Shown: positions 1 through 10,066 of the stretch, one piece after another
How the letters are laid out: every line of letters starts with the position of its first letter
How positions within the stretch are numbered: position 1 is the stretch's first letter
Source: an uncultured Planctomycetota bacterium
Lineage (GTDB): Bacteria; Planctomycetota; Planctomycetia; Isosphaerales; Isosphaeraceae
Assembly (NCBI GenBank): GCA_963845755.1
Contig: CAWJTV010000005.1
Coordinates: 448,001 to 512,000, forward strand
DNA length: 64,000 nt
Reading direction: 5' to 3'
Notes under the pieces: generated by a model
Database searches by the model: none
What the model was told of the DNA's origin: nothing
The model's input: only the letters and a program-made list of their open reading frames with translations
Position numbers and translations under genes: made by a program

Positions 1-2
1 AC

Positions 3-149
3 CAGTTGCTGCTCAAGAAGATCGAGGCCGGTGAAATCGACCCGTCCTTCGTCATCACGCATCGCATCCCGCTCAAGGATGGACCGGCGGCCTACCGCAC
101 ATTCCGCGACAAGAAGGACGATTGTATCAAGGTTGTTCTCAAGCCTTGA
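3..149 (+). CDS. 3' end of a zinc-dependent alcohol dehydrogenase (YbdR/formaldehyde dehydrogenase-like), partial
   Basis: Manual translation [48 protein letters not shown] matches the typical C-terminus of this MDR subfamily. Confidence 0.8.
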   Translation, partial: QLLLKKIEAGEIDPSFVITHRIPLKDGPAAYRTFRDKKDDCIKVVLKP

Positions 150-306
150 TTCATCCGGGACCTGGCACGCGAGTTGCTAAAGAATCGGGCGTTGTGAACG
201 CACCGACAGATGCCGTGTTGAATTTCGACGAATTTATCTCGGCGATGCGTGCATCGCCGGCCAGCGAGCCAAGACCCCGTCCCCTCTTTCCGACGAGGTA
301 TGAGTG

Positions 307-909
307 ATGGCGCCAATCCGTTCGATCGACGAGTTAACGCGCTGCAATGTGGCAATTATCGCGGAAATGGAGAGAGCGGCTGCCCACGTTCGGTCCCGAG
401 GCGATCGCATCGCCGATCTCATCGCGGCGTGGGTCGGTAGTTGGGCCTTCATCATCACCCAGACAGTGATCCTGATTATATGGATCGCCTTGAATCTTAT
501 CGCGTTAGTCAATCATTGGGACCCCTATCCATTCATCCTCTTGAATCTTGCTCTCTCGTTTCAGTCGGCCTATGCCGCGCCGATCCTCATGATCAGCCAG
601 AACCGTCAGGCGAAGCTCAGTGAGCGTCGCAATCATCTCGACTTGCAGATCAACATGCTGGCGGAGCAGGAGACTACGGAAATCCTTCGTCTCCTGCGGC
701 TCCTCTGCGAGCACACCGGTGTCCGCCTCGACAAGGACCACAACGGTCGGGCCTTCGAGGAAGAGACGAAGCCTGCCGAGATCGTGCGGCAGATCCAGGG
801 GGAGCTGGAAGCACGAGCCATCGATGTCCTGGAGGAAGTCGTCGAGGCTGGCGTCGAAACGTCCCCGCTCGTTCCTCACAAGTTCGACCGCCGTATCCAT
901 CCAAATTAG
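307..909 (+). CDS. DUF1003 family membrane protein
   Basis: Signature WDPYPFILLNLALSFQSAYAAPILMISQNRQ, preceded by GSWAFII and a transmembrane segment. Confidence 0.9.
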   Translation: MAPIRSIDELTRCNVAIIAEMERAAAHVRSRGDRIADLIAAWVGSWAFIITQTVILIIWIALNLIALVNHWDPYPFILLNLALSFQSAYAAPILMISQNRQAKLSERRNHLDLQINMLAEQETTEILRLLRLLCEHTGVRLDKDHNGRAFEEETKPAEIVRQIQGELEARAIDVLEEVVEAGVETSPLVPHKFDRRIHPN

Positions 910-982
910 AGGAAAGGCTCATCCCTCGGTGCCGGGGCCGAGGAAGGCGACCGTCGAAGATGGGGCGGGGGAGGGAACCTTG

Positions 983-1622
983 GTGGCTTCTCATAATGAA
1001 AATCTGCATGGCAACGCTCCGGACAAGGCCAATGCCGCCTTGCTCCTGATCGATGTGATCAACGACCTGGAATTCCCCGAGGGTGAGCAGTTGCTGCGGC
1101 ACGCCCTGCCGATGGCCGAACGCCTCGTGGCGCTGAAACGCCGGGCGAAGGCGGCGGCCATCCCGGTGGTCTACGTCAATGACAACTTCGGACGATGGCG
1201 GTCGAACTTCACCAGCCAGGTCGAGCACTGCTTGAACGATGGTGTGCGAGGCCGGCCGCTGGTGGAGTTGCTCCTCCCCGATCCCGTCGATTACTTCGTG
1301 CTGAAGCCCAAACATTCCGGCTTCTTCTCCACGACCCTCGATCTCTGGCTCGAATACCTGGGCATCAAGACGGTGATCCTCAACGGGGATCGCGGGGAAT
1401 CACTGCGTGCCCTTCACGGCGAACGACGCCTACATGCGCGACTTCTCCCTGATCGTACCGCGCGACTGCGTGGCGTCCAACACCGAGGAGGACAACGGCA
1501 ACGCCCTGGAGCAGATGCGGAAAGTCCTCAAGGCGGACATTCGCCCGTCGACCGAATTGGTTCTCACTCCGGCCGACGGGGGACCGGGGAGGCCCAACCC
1601 CATGCGGAAGCGATCGAAGTGA
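983..1622 (+). CDS. Isochorismatase-family cysteine hydrolase (one apparent frameshift near 1385)
   Basis: ALLLIDVIND, PVVYVNDNFG and LKPKHSGFF; after a slip in a G-run it continues FTANDAYMRDF..VPRDCVAS. Confidence 0.85.
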
Positions 1623-2123
1623 AGTGCCATCCCGCATGGCTCGGTCCGCTCGACCCGCCTTGCTTCTTTTCCTGCCTCTCCCGGAGTTCCGGGGCCAGGA
1701 GCTTCGGTTCGATGCCGGAAGCGCCGTGATAGACGACGTCACCGCCTTCGTAGCTGGCAAACACGAGCACCCCGGCGGCGATCAGGCCCGTGATGCGCGC
1801 CCAGGCCGGCGGCGGTGAGGGCTGAAGGCGCCGGCGCACCACGGCGATGACTGTAAAAAGGAGGAACTCGACCACCGCCGCGCCGATGGCCACCAGATGA
1901 CCTGGCCGGCCTCCTCGGTGTGCGAGGCCGGCCCGATGTAGAAGGCGAGGACCCCGGCGGCGGCCAGCACCCCGGTCGCAGCGCCAGCCAGGAGCAGCCC
2001 TGTCGCACCCCGCGCCGGGGCCGGGTCGTTGCGACGCCAGGCGGAGAGTTCGAGCAGCACGGCGCCCGCAAGGGAGGCGATCGGGAAATGAGTCAGTGCC
2101 GGATGGAATTCCCCAGGTTCCAT
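1564..2123 (-). CDS. DUF2231-like membrane protein (frameshift near 1895; true stop uncertain)
   Basis: HPALTHFPIA N-terminal motif, several hydrophobic segments, and GGDVVY near the C-terminus. Confidence 0.7.
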
Positions 2124-2137
2124 GGTCGCATCTCTTC

Positions 2138-2756
2138 TCAGATCACCGCTGTCGGGGGCAAGATCTCGTAGTCGATCGGTTTAAACTTGTAATTATTGGA
2201 CATCTCGGCCGAGCACGCCGTCAGACCCACGATCAGGTCCATCTCCGCTCGGAGCTCGATCGCATCGCCGGGCTTCGATCGGGGCGGGCCGATTCTCAGC
2301 TCGCCCGTGGGTAGGATGGCGACATTCATGAAGATGTTGAAAGTTGTGGGAATCTCATTCGGCCCGATGCCAAAGGAGGCGAGGCTCCCGCAAAGGTTGC
2401 CGAAGCAGCTCGGATGATCCCCCTCGTCTCGATAGATGATCGCGAACGTCTCGAGGCTGCACGGCGTCAAGAGGAAGTCGTGCCGGCCGACGTCGTCGGC
2501 AAGGATTGTGAACATCGGCCGACTGCGGTTGGAGTAGAGAACATGGCCGGTGCTCAGGTAGATCGTGTTGGCATAGTCGATGCTGCGCCCGGAGGAGAGC
2601 CACTCGCCTTTGTCCTCGCGCGAATGCGACGAGGTCGGAGACCTGCTCGCCGAGCGGATCGACGACACGGAGCCGCTGACCCCGATCCAGCAGGAAAGCC
2701 GTGCCGGTCTGTGGTTCCAGGCGACAACGCGCGCTCGAAGCAGATGGCTTGCTCAT
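2138..2756 (-). CDS. DUF1989/YcgI (urea carboxylase-associated family) protein, frameshift near 2620
   Basis: PQTGTAFLL..GQRLRVVDPLGEQVSDL, LSSGRSIDY, HDFLLTPCS, HPSCFGNL, FNIFMNV, GLTACSAEMSNN. Confidence 0.85.
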
Positions 2757-3020
2757 CGGTTGATCCTCGTCGTCCGCGGGGACTTGTTGAAGATGAGAGA
2801 TCTCGGAGGCTTGTGTGCGGCCTGCGGCGCCAGAGCACAGGCGGACGCCGCCTCGATCGGCTCGCCAGTTTGCGGGAAGAACGCCGGGGGTAAGTCGGGC
2901 TCGACAGTCTGCCCGGCGTACTGCTTGACCTCGGCCTCCGCGCCGAAGTCGGCCGAGACCGGGTTAACGCTTCTCTCCCGTTCTTCCTCAAATTGCTGGA
3001 CCAATTCGTTTTCTTCTCGA
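2753..3020 (-). pseudogene. C-terminal remnant of a YqcI/YcgG-family protein
   Basis: SVNPVSADFGAEAEVKQYAGQTVEPD resembles the YqcI/YcgG C-terminal NP.L.DFG..SE.RQY.G..VE motif. It overlaps the ycgI-like start, which is its usual partner. Confidence 0.5.
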
Positions 3021-3674
3021 ACCTGTCCTTCCCCTGATTGTTTCCCTCGGGGCAAAACGCCCGTGTCGGTCAACCCCGAGCGACCTACGAATCGCTGGAG
3101 CCGCGCGGCCAAACGGTCAGGTTCCACGACCGACTCGCCGGTGTCGTCGAGTGGATCCCTCGCGGCTCCGACCTGGTGAGGAATACCGGGATTGGCCAAG
3201 CGGGATGGCCACCCCGGCCGGGTGGTTGGATGGTGTTCTGGCGCGGTTCGAAGTTGCAAGATGCGCGCGCAGCAAGCCGGCCCGGCCGACACTCTCGCCT
3301 TGCCGTCGCCGGACGCGTCCAGTTTGCCACGTCCGACAAATGGTTGCTACGGCCCGCTCCGTTCAGCCGACCAACCGGTCATGGCAGACCCGCTCGACCT
3401 CCTTCCCCTACGGATCCTTGGCGTACGGCGAGCGTCGGTGAGCCCAGGCGTGCTCGGCGATCGTGACCCGCCGCGCGAGCCCTTCCAGCCGTCCCCACTC
3501 GGCCTCATACTCGGCCAGGTCGATCTCGAAATGGATAGCTGACCCTGGCGGGATCACCCGGAACGAAGCGAGAATCGGAACCAGGCCGACTCCGAGATCC
3601 TGGAGGTTCTGTACCATCAACGTGGATCCTCCCCGCGGCGTCGGCTGGCCTCGAGCTCCCCGATGAGGTTGATC

Positions 3675-4526
3675 ATGTTCCTCCGGCCATATCGGATTTC
3701 TGTCGTCGTTGCTGTCTGCGGCATCCTGACCCTTGCGCCCGGCGGCTGACGGCCACCTCGCCAAATAACCTTCGTCGCGAGAACAACGCGATGCCCCCGG
3801 ACGGCTCGCAGGAGAATGCCCAACCTGGGCCAGTGCCCTCGGATCAGGAACCGCAGATCGCGGAGCTGCGGCGCATCGGCGGCACGATCTTCGAGCGCGA
3901 GGGCTCGGTCGTGGAAGTGAACCTCAATCGGACCAAGGTCCAGGACGATGATCTCGGTCGAACTCTCCGGCTTCACCGCGATGTCCGACCTCTCGCTCGA
4001 AGAGACGGCGATCGGCGACAACGGCCTCCGGCGGCTATCCGGGCTGAAGAAACTCGTCTGGCTGAATCTCTACCGGACTCGTGTCGGCGACGACGGCCTG
4101 GCCCATCTCAAAGTGCTGACCACCTTCGAGCGCCTGCCCCTCGGTGAAACGAGGGTCACCGATGCCGGACTCGGTCATCTCGCTGTGCTGAGCCGGCTCA
4201 CGTATCTCGGACTGAGGGGCGACCGGATTACCGACGCGGGCCTCCGGCAGATCGAGAAACTGACGAGCCTGACCGAACTGAATCTCGGGCAGACCGCGGT
4301 CAGCGACCGGGGCCTGGCACATCTGAGGCCCCTGGTCCGACTCAGGCGGCTCTGGCTGAACGACACGCACATCACGGACGCGGCCGTCGAGACACTGGCC
4401 AAGCTCGATACACTGGAAGACCTGTATGTCTACCGAACGGACATGTCGATCGAGGAGGTCAAGAAGCTCAAACGGCTCCGGCCGGGATGCCGGATTTACT
4501 TTCGCTCGGACAGGGATCCCGAATGA
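3675..4526 (+). CDS. Leucine-rich repeat protein, probably exported (frameshifts near 3748 and 3955)
   Basis: Repeated LxxLxLxxTxVTDxGLxHL units and a hydrophobic N-terminus. The start is tentative. Confidence 0.8.
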
Positions 4527-4750
4527 GTGTCGCAGCTCTCGCTCTCGATGAGCACGCGTCTGCCGAAAACTCCAGTCGGACCGAATCTGTACCTGGCCCC
4601 GGGGCAACGTCAGCGGCTAGAACCCGCCGCCGCTGGTCGCCGGGATAATAACCGGGGCGCCCTTCCTCGTCGGCCGGGGACCAATCGCCACTTCACCGTC
4701 GAGATCGATTGCCTCGAAGCTCGGACCGATCGCGTCGGAGCGATCCCGAT

Positions 4751-4768
4751 TGATCTAACGTTAGATCA
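4751..4768. repeat. Perfect 18-bp palindrome TGATCTAACGTTAGATCA
   Basis: Read directly; lies in the intergenic region between converging genes. Confidence 0.9.
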
Positions 4769-5405
4769 GATGGAATGTCTGCACCCGTATTTGCCGAGAT
4801 CGAAATCGACGTCAACAGGACCCTTGCGGTTGTTCACGATGATTCCGCCGACTTCGTGTTACCGCGATGTATGCCGGCAGCGGGATGGCGCAGCTCCTTG
4901 ACGACCGCATTGCTACGCCCGGCAGCCATGGCATCCGGCAAATCCTCCCCGATGCTGATCGCCAGGGCGCTACCCGTCGGGTTGTATCGATGACGAAGAC
5001 GAACCTCGGTCACGATCGCCCGACCTGTCGCCGAAACACCGTAGAACACCGGGTCGAAACGGGACCACTTCGCGATCCACAGATGCGCCCGCACGCAACC
5101 CAGCCGCCCTCATGGCGGGTCTCTATCTCATCCCCGAGACGGCCTGATTGCGGTTGGGAATCACCATCTCAATGTCGTGCGCCACCAGATTCCATCTGCC
5201 AGGCCACGTGTGGGCCGCCGCGTGGAAAGCCACGAAGAAGATCTTCAGGCCGCGGCCGAAATGGGTGCAACCTCATTTCTGGCCGTTCCCCCTGGCGCGG
5301 CCAACCCTACCCCAGGTCAATTCCATACGGTGGGAACGCAAGTCGCCCCGGCGGTCCTGCCCGGTGCGCAATCTCTGTCAGGATGGACCGAGGGGCGATT
5401 TCTCC

Positions 5406-8400
5406 TCAGCGATTCTCATCAGCGGAGGGTATGGCCGCAGACTCCTGGCCGTTGGGGGCATCTAGCTGGAGGCAAGGAGAATCCTGGGGGTATCGTGACC
5501 CCAACCGTATCCATCCTTGTCGGAAGGCGGATTCCTCCACGGGTAGCCCCTTGTCGGGATCGCGCAGATCACGTCCGGAGAGTGTCTGCGCGATGAGGGT
5601 CAGGTCGCCCAGCGGCCGCTCGTCCGCCGAGACATCCCAGGTGCGGGCCGTGGCATCGCCGCTGGCGGTGAGCACGCGTCGGCCGTCGGGGCTGAACTCG
5701 GCGTGCCAGACCGGCCCGTCGTGCCGGAGCGGCGGAGTGACCGGGCAGCCGGTGGCGGCCTCCCAGACCCTCGCCGTGCCGTCGAGGCTGGCCGTCAGGA
5801 TCAGGATCCCGTCGGGGCTGAACTCGGCCCGCTCCAGGCGTCCCTCGTGTCTCATAGGTGGCGTGAGGAGCCGGCCGGTGGCAGCCTCCCAGACCAGCGC
5901 CCGATCGTCCGTGCCGGCCGTGATGACCCGCCGGGCATCGGGGCTGAATCCCACGCAGGTGATGGCCCCTTGATGTTTCATCGCCGCGCCGCAGGGAGCC
6001 CCGCTCGCGGTGTCCCAGACCTGCACGAACCATCCACGCGGGTGACGAGCGACCGCCCATCTGGGCTGAACGAGGCCTGGAAGGGGATGGCCGGGTGATC
6101 CAGGACCAGGAGCGGCCGGCCCGTCTCGGCGTCCCAGACGAGGGTCCGGAGATCTTCGGCCGCGGTCGCGATGCGACGGCCGTCGGGGCTGAACTCGGCA
6201 TGCTTCAGGGTGGCCCCGTGCACCAGCTCGCGAAGGGGCGTCCCGGTGTCCGCATCCCAGATGCGGGCGACGGGACCGTTGGCGGATGTCAGTAACCGGC
6301 GGCCGTCGGGGCTGAAGGAGACCTCCGATAGGGAGCCGGCGTGAGTCATCCAGTCGGGTGTCAGCGGAGTCCCCGTGTCGGCGTCCCAGACCCGGGCCAG
6401 CCCATCCTCGGTGATGGTGGCGACCCGACGGCCGTCGGGGCTATAGCGGGCCCGGCGCACGAACCGGCCCCCCGGCTGGGAGGCCGTCCACCGGAGGCGG
6501 CCGGTGGACGCGTCCCAGGCCCGCGCGGTGCCGTCGAAGCTCGCGGTGACGAAGCCCGTGCCGTCGGGGCTGAACGCGGCGTGGTAGATCCGGTCCCGGT
6601 GCCGGACGAGGGTCAGGTACGGCTGCGGAGGGGCCCAGAGTCGCGCCGTGCCGTCCTCGCTGGCCGTCAGCAGGGTGCCGCCGGCGCCCGAGGACGCCAT
6701 CAACACGCGCCCGTTGTGCTTGCAGGCCGGGAATACCTGCCGGCCGCTGGCCGGGTCCCAGACGCGGGCGGTGCCGTCCCAACTGGCCGTCAGGACGTGC
6801 TGCCCGCCCGTTGTGAACGAGGCGTGGGTGACGAAGTCGTCGTGCCGGAGCCGGGCGATCGACCGTCCGGTGTCGGCCTCCCAGACCGCCGCGGTGTTAT
6901 CGATGCTGGCGGTGACGATCCGGCCCCCATCCGAGCTGAACGCCGCGTCCGTGACCGTGGTCACGTGCTCGAGCCGGGCACATAAGCGGGCCGTCTCGAG
7001 GTCCCAGACTCGCGCGTCCGGGTAGGCGCCGGTGACCAACCGACCATTGCCGCCAAAGGCGGCGCGGTAGACCGGTCCGTCGTGGCGCAACTCGCCGAGC
7101 AATTCCGCGGTCGACGTCCGGAAGATCCGCGCAAGCCGTCCCGGGACGTCGTCACGATGCGTCGACCGTCCGGGCTGAAGGAGGTGGAGTTGAATCCGAT
7201 TTCGGGGCCGACGGCGCGGGCGGCGATCGGCTCAGCGGTGCGGATGTCCCGGACCCGCACCGTGCCGTCGCGCCCCGCGGTCGCGACCAGGCGGCCGTCG
7301 GGGCTGATCGCCGCGCCGAGGGCCCCCTCCTCTTGCCAGAGGCGATCCACCCGGCCGTCCTCCAGCCGCCAGAGGTTCGCGCGGTAAGCCCCGATGGTGA
7401 GGACGTGACGGCCGTCGGGCCCGATCGCGGCGCGCGAGAGCGGGGCTGGGTGGCGGAACGGCGGGTACGCGGGCCGGCCGGTGTTGAACGGCGCAGACCC
7501 AGACTGTGCCCGCCCGGTCGGCGAGCAGCACGAGGCGGCCGTCGTCGCAGAACGCGGCGCAGACGACCGGCGCATCGCACAGCCAGACGCGCGCCAGGCG
7601 GGGCGAATGGAGCCGCGCGGCGGCGAAGCGACGGCGATGGACCTCCTCGCGCGCCGGGGCGTCGCGTGCTAGCTTGATCGCCTCGAGGATCCAGGGGAAT
7701 GCGTCGTGCAGGTCGGCTCCGTCCGAGGAATGGGCGGCCCGCCGGACGTACTCCCGCTCGAGGAGGTCCTCGGCGCGCCGTCGCTGCTCCCGCTCGCAGT
7801 TACGTGCGGCCTCCTCCCGCTCGCGGGCCCGGTCGGCGGTGCGGGCCAGCTCGCGCTGGCGGAAGGAGCTGAGCGTGGAGCCGAGGGAGACGATGACGAG
7901 CAAGACCGCAACCGCGGCGATCAGGCCGGCCTGCGCGGGGCGTCGCCGGCACCAGCGCCATCCCCTCGCGAACGGGCCCACGGGCCGGGCCCGGATCGGA
8001 CGGCGATCGAGGTAGCGTCGCAGGTCCAGGGCCAGGTCGCCGGAGCTGGGGTAGCGCCTCCCGGGCTCCTTCTCGAGGCAGCGGAGACAGATGGTCTCCA
8101 GGTCGCGCGGCAGCCTCGGCCGGAGGCGTGTCGGCGCCATCGGCTCGTCGGATTGGACGTGGAGCAAGACCTCCAGGTCCGACTCGCCTTGGAAGGGAGG
8201 GCGACCGGTCAGGACCTCGTAGAGGATCGCCCCGAGGGCGTAGAGGTCGGCGAGCGGGCCGACATCCTTGCTCTTCCCCGCGGCCTGCTCAGGCGCCATG
8301 TAGCTGGCGGTCCCCATCACGGCGCCGGTGATGGTCCGCCCCGGGCCTGGCTCCTCGAACAGGAGCTTGGCCAGGCCGAAGTCGGTCACCCTCGGGATGA

Positions 8401-9085
8401 AGCCCAGGCCAGCCGCGAGGGAGGATTTCGGCTCGAGCAGGATGTTGGTAGGCTTGAGGTCGCGGTGGATGACGCCGCGGTCGTGGGCGTGCTGGACGGC
8501 CTCGGCCAGCGTGGCCAGCGTCGCCGCCGCGGTCTCGAAGGGCACCGGCTCGTCGCGACGCCTCAGCCAGGAGGCGAGCGTCTCACCGGGACAGTAGGCG
8601 GAGACGAGGAAGCGGATCGCCCCGTCCGAGCCGACCTCGTAGACCGGCACGAGGTTGGGATGGTCCAGGCCCGCCGCCGCGCGGGCCTCGCGCGCGAACC
8701 GCGCGGCGAATTCCGGGGCGACGGCGACCTCCGGCCGGGGGACTTTCAGCGCCACCTCGCGGCCCAGCAGGGGGTCGAAGGCGCGGAAGACGACGCCCCA
8801 GCCGCCGCGGCCCAGCTCCTGGAGGACCTCGAACCGCCCGAGGCGGCCCCCGGGCGGTCCCGGGCCCGGTCCGCCATCCCCGACCGGCCAGGGAAGCGTG
8901 GCCGGGTCGCGGCGGGCGCGGAGGCGTCGCAGGCAGTTCACGCCCCGCTCGAGGCGCTGCCGCAACTCCGGAGGGACAGCGGCCGGCGGGGGGCCATCCC
9001 CGCCGCCGGCCGCTAGGCTCTCGTCGCAACCCGCCAGCAGGGCGGCGAACAGGTCCTCGGGACCCGATCCCTCATCGGCGATCAT
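5406..9085 (-). CDS. Hanks-type Ser/Thr protein kinase with TM helix and C-terminal WD40 repeats (split over four ORFs by indels)
   Basis: GRGGWGVV, VALK, HRDLKPTNILL, DFGLAK, GTASYMAPEQ; TM segment AGLIAAVAVLLVIVSLG; many FSPDGRR..TAS.DGTARVWD repeats. Confidence 0.92.
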
Positions 9086-9684
9086 GTCGAGATGTCCAGT
9101 TCATGCTTGAGCCGTTCGACGGCGCGAGCCCAGAGCTTCCGCGCCGCGTTCGCCGACCGGCCGGTCGCCCGGCCGATCTCCTCGAAGGTATGGCCCTCGA
9201 CGTGACGCAACGTCAGGACGTGCCGGTAATCCTCGGGGAGTTGCCCGAGGGCGCGCTGCAGTGCCTCGTCGCGCTCGTGGCCCATGGCCTGCTCGCTGGG
9301 CGAGGGTGTATCCGCGCTCAACTCCCGAGCGGGCCAGGCCGAATCTCCGCCTTCCAGCGCCTCCTCTCGCCCCGCGCGCCGCTTCTCCGCCACGAAGAGC
9401 CGCCTGAAACTGGCGAGGTTATTGAGCAAGAGCCGGCGGAGCCAGGCCAGCAATTCCTCCTCGGTCTCGCCGCGGAAGCGGCCGAAGTGGCGATGAGCCT
9501 TCAGGAAGGTCTCCTGCACCATGTCGGAGGCCCCCCCTTTGGCCTTCAGGTCCTCGCCGAACTCCTCGCGGGCCACCAGAAGCAGGTACCTCCGGCATGA
9601 TTGCAACGCCTGACCGAAGGCATCCGCCGAGCCGGCCCGAGCGGCCGAGAGGCGTTCCGCGACGTCATCGGCGTGACGGGCCAT
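9082..9684 (-). CDS. ECF sigma-70 factor of the kinase-associated planctomycete type
   Basis: Region 2 SDMVQETFLKA...AWLRRLLLN; linker ADTPSPS; region 4 LPEDYRHVLTLRH.EG.TFEEIG; GGAG RBS; stop overlaps the kinase start (ATGA). Confidence 0.92.
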   Translation of the reverse strand: MARHADDVAERLSAARAGSADAFGQALQSCRRYLLLVAREEFGEDLKAKGGASDMVQETFLKAHRHFGRFRGETEEELLAWLRRLLLNNLASFRRLFVAEKRRAGREEALEGGDSAWPARELSADTPSPSEQAMGHERDEALQRALGQLPEDYRHVLTLRHVEGHTFEEIGRATGRSANAARKLWARAVERLKHELDIST

Positions 9685-10066
9685 TTCCACTCTCCTGACA
9701 TCGGACAGGCCGATAATGTCGATCAGAGACGATCGATGTGACGGAGCAGCGGGCCGTCATTCCATCGGACGACGTTCGTTCGACCGCAGCGATCCGACGA
9801 GGTCTCGCGCCTCGGCGGTCGAAGGACCCCGGAGCTGAATGGACGCACAGCCTCGCGATCGAGGCTTTGGCTATCGAGCCTCGGAGCGGCCATATATCCC
9901 GATCCGTTAGATCTGAATTCTACCGTCCTGGCTCGACCCTGGTCAACCCACGCCGGCCGTCGATTGGGGGATTCTGACCGGATCTCGCGGCCGATTCCAG
10001 CATCCTTCGCGTTTGGGGGCTCAGAAGGTCGCCGCGTTTCCCAACCACTCATGAGGGGAAACCTCG

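Noticed and set aside
3408..3764. Minus-strand ORF with a protein-like C-terminus
   Set aside because: No recognisable family, needs a frameshift, and its likely start overlaps the LRR gene start.
4834..5094. Possible HNH nuclease remnant (GVSATGRAIV)
   Set aside because: Only one weak motif; no HNH or Cys residues in the expected places.
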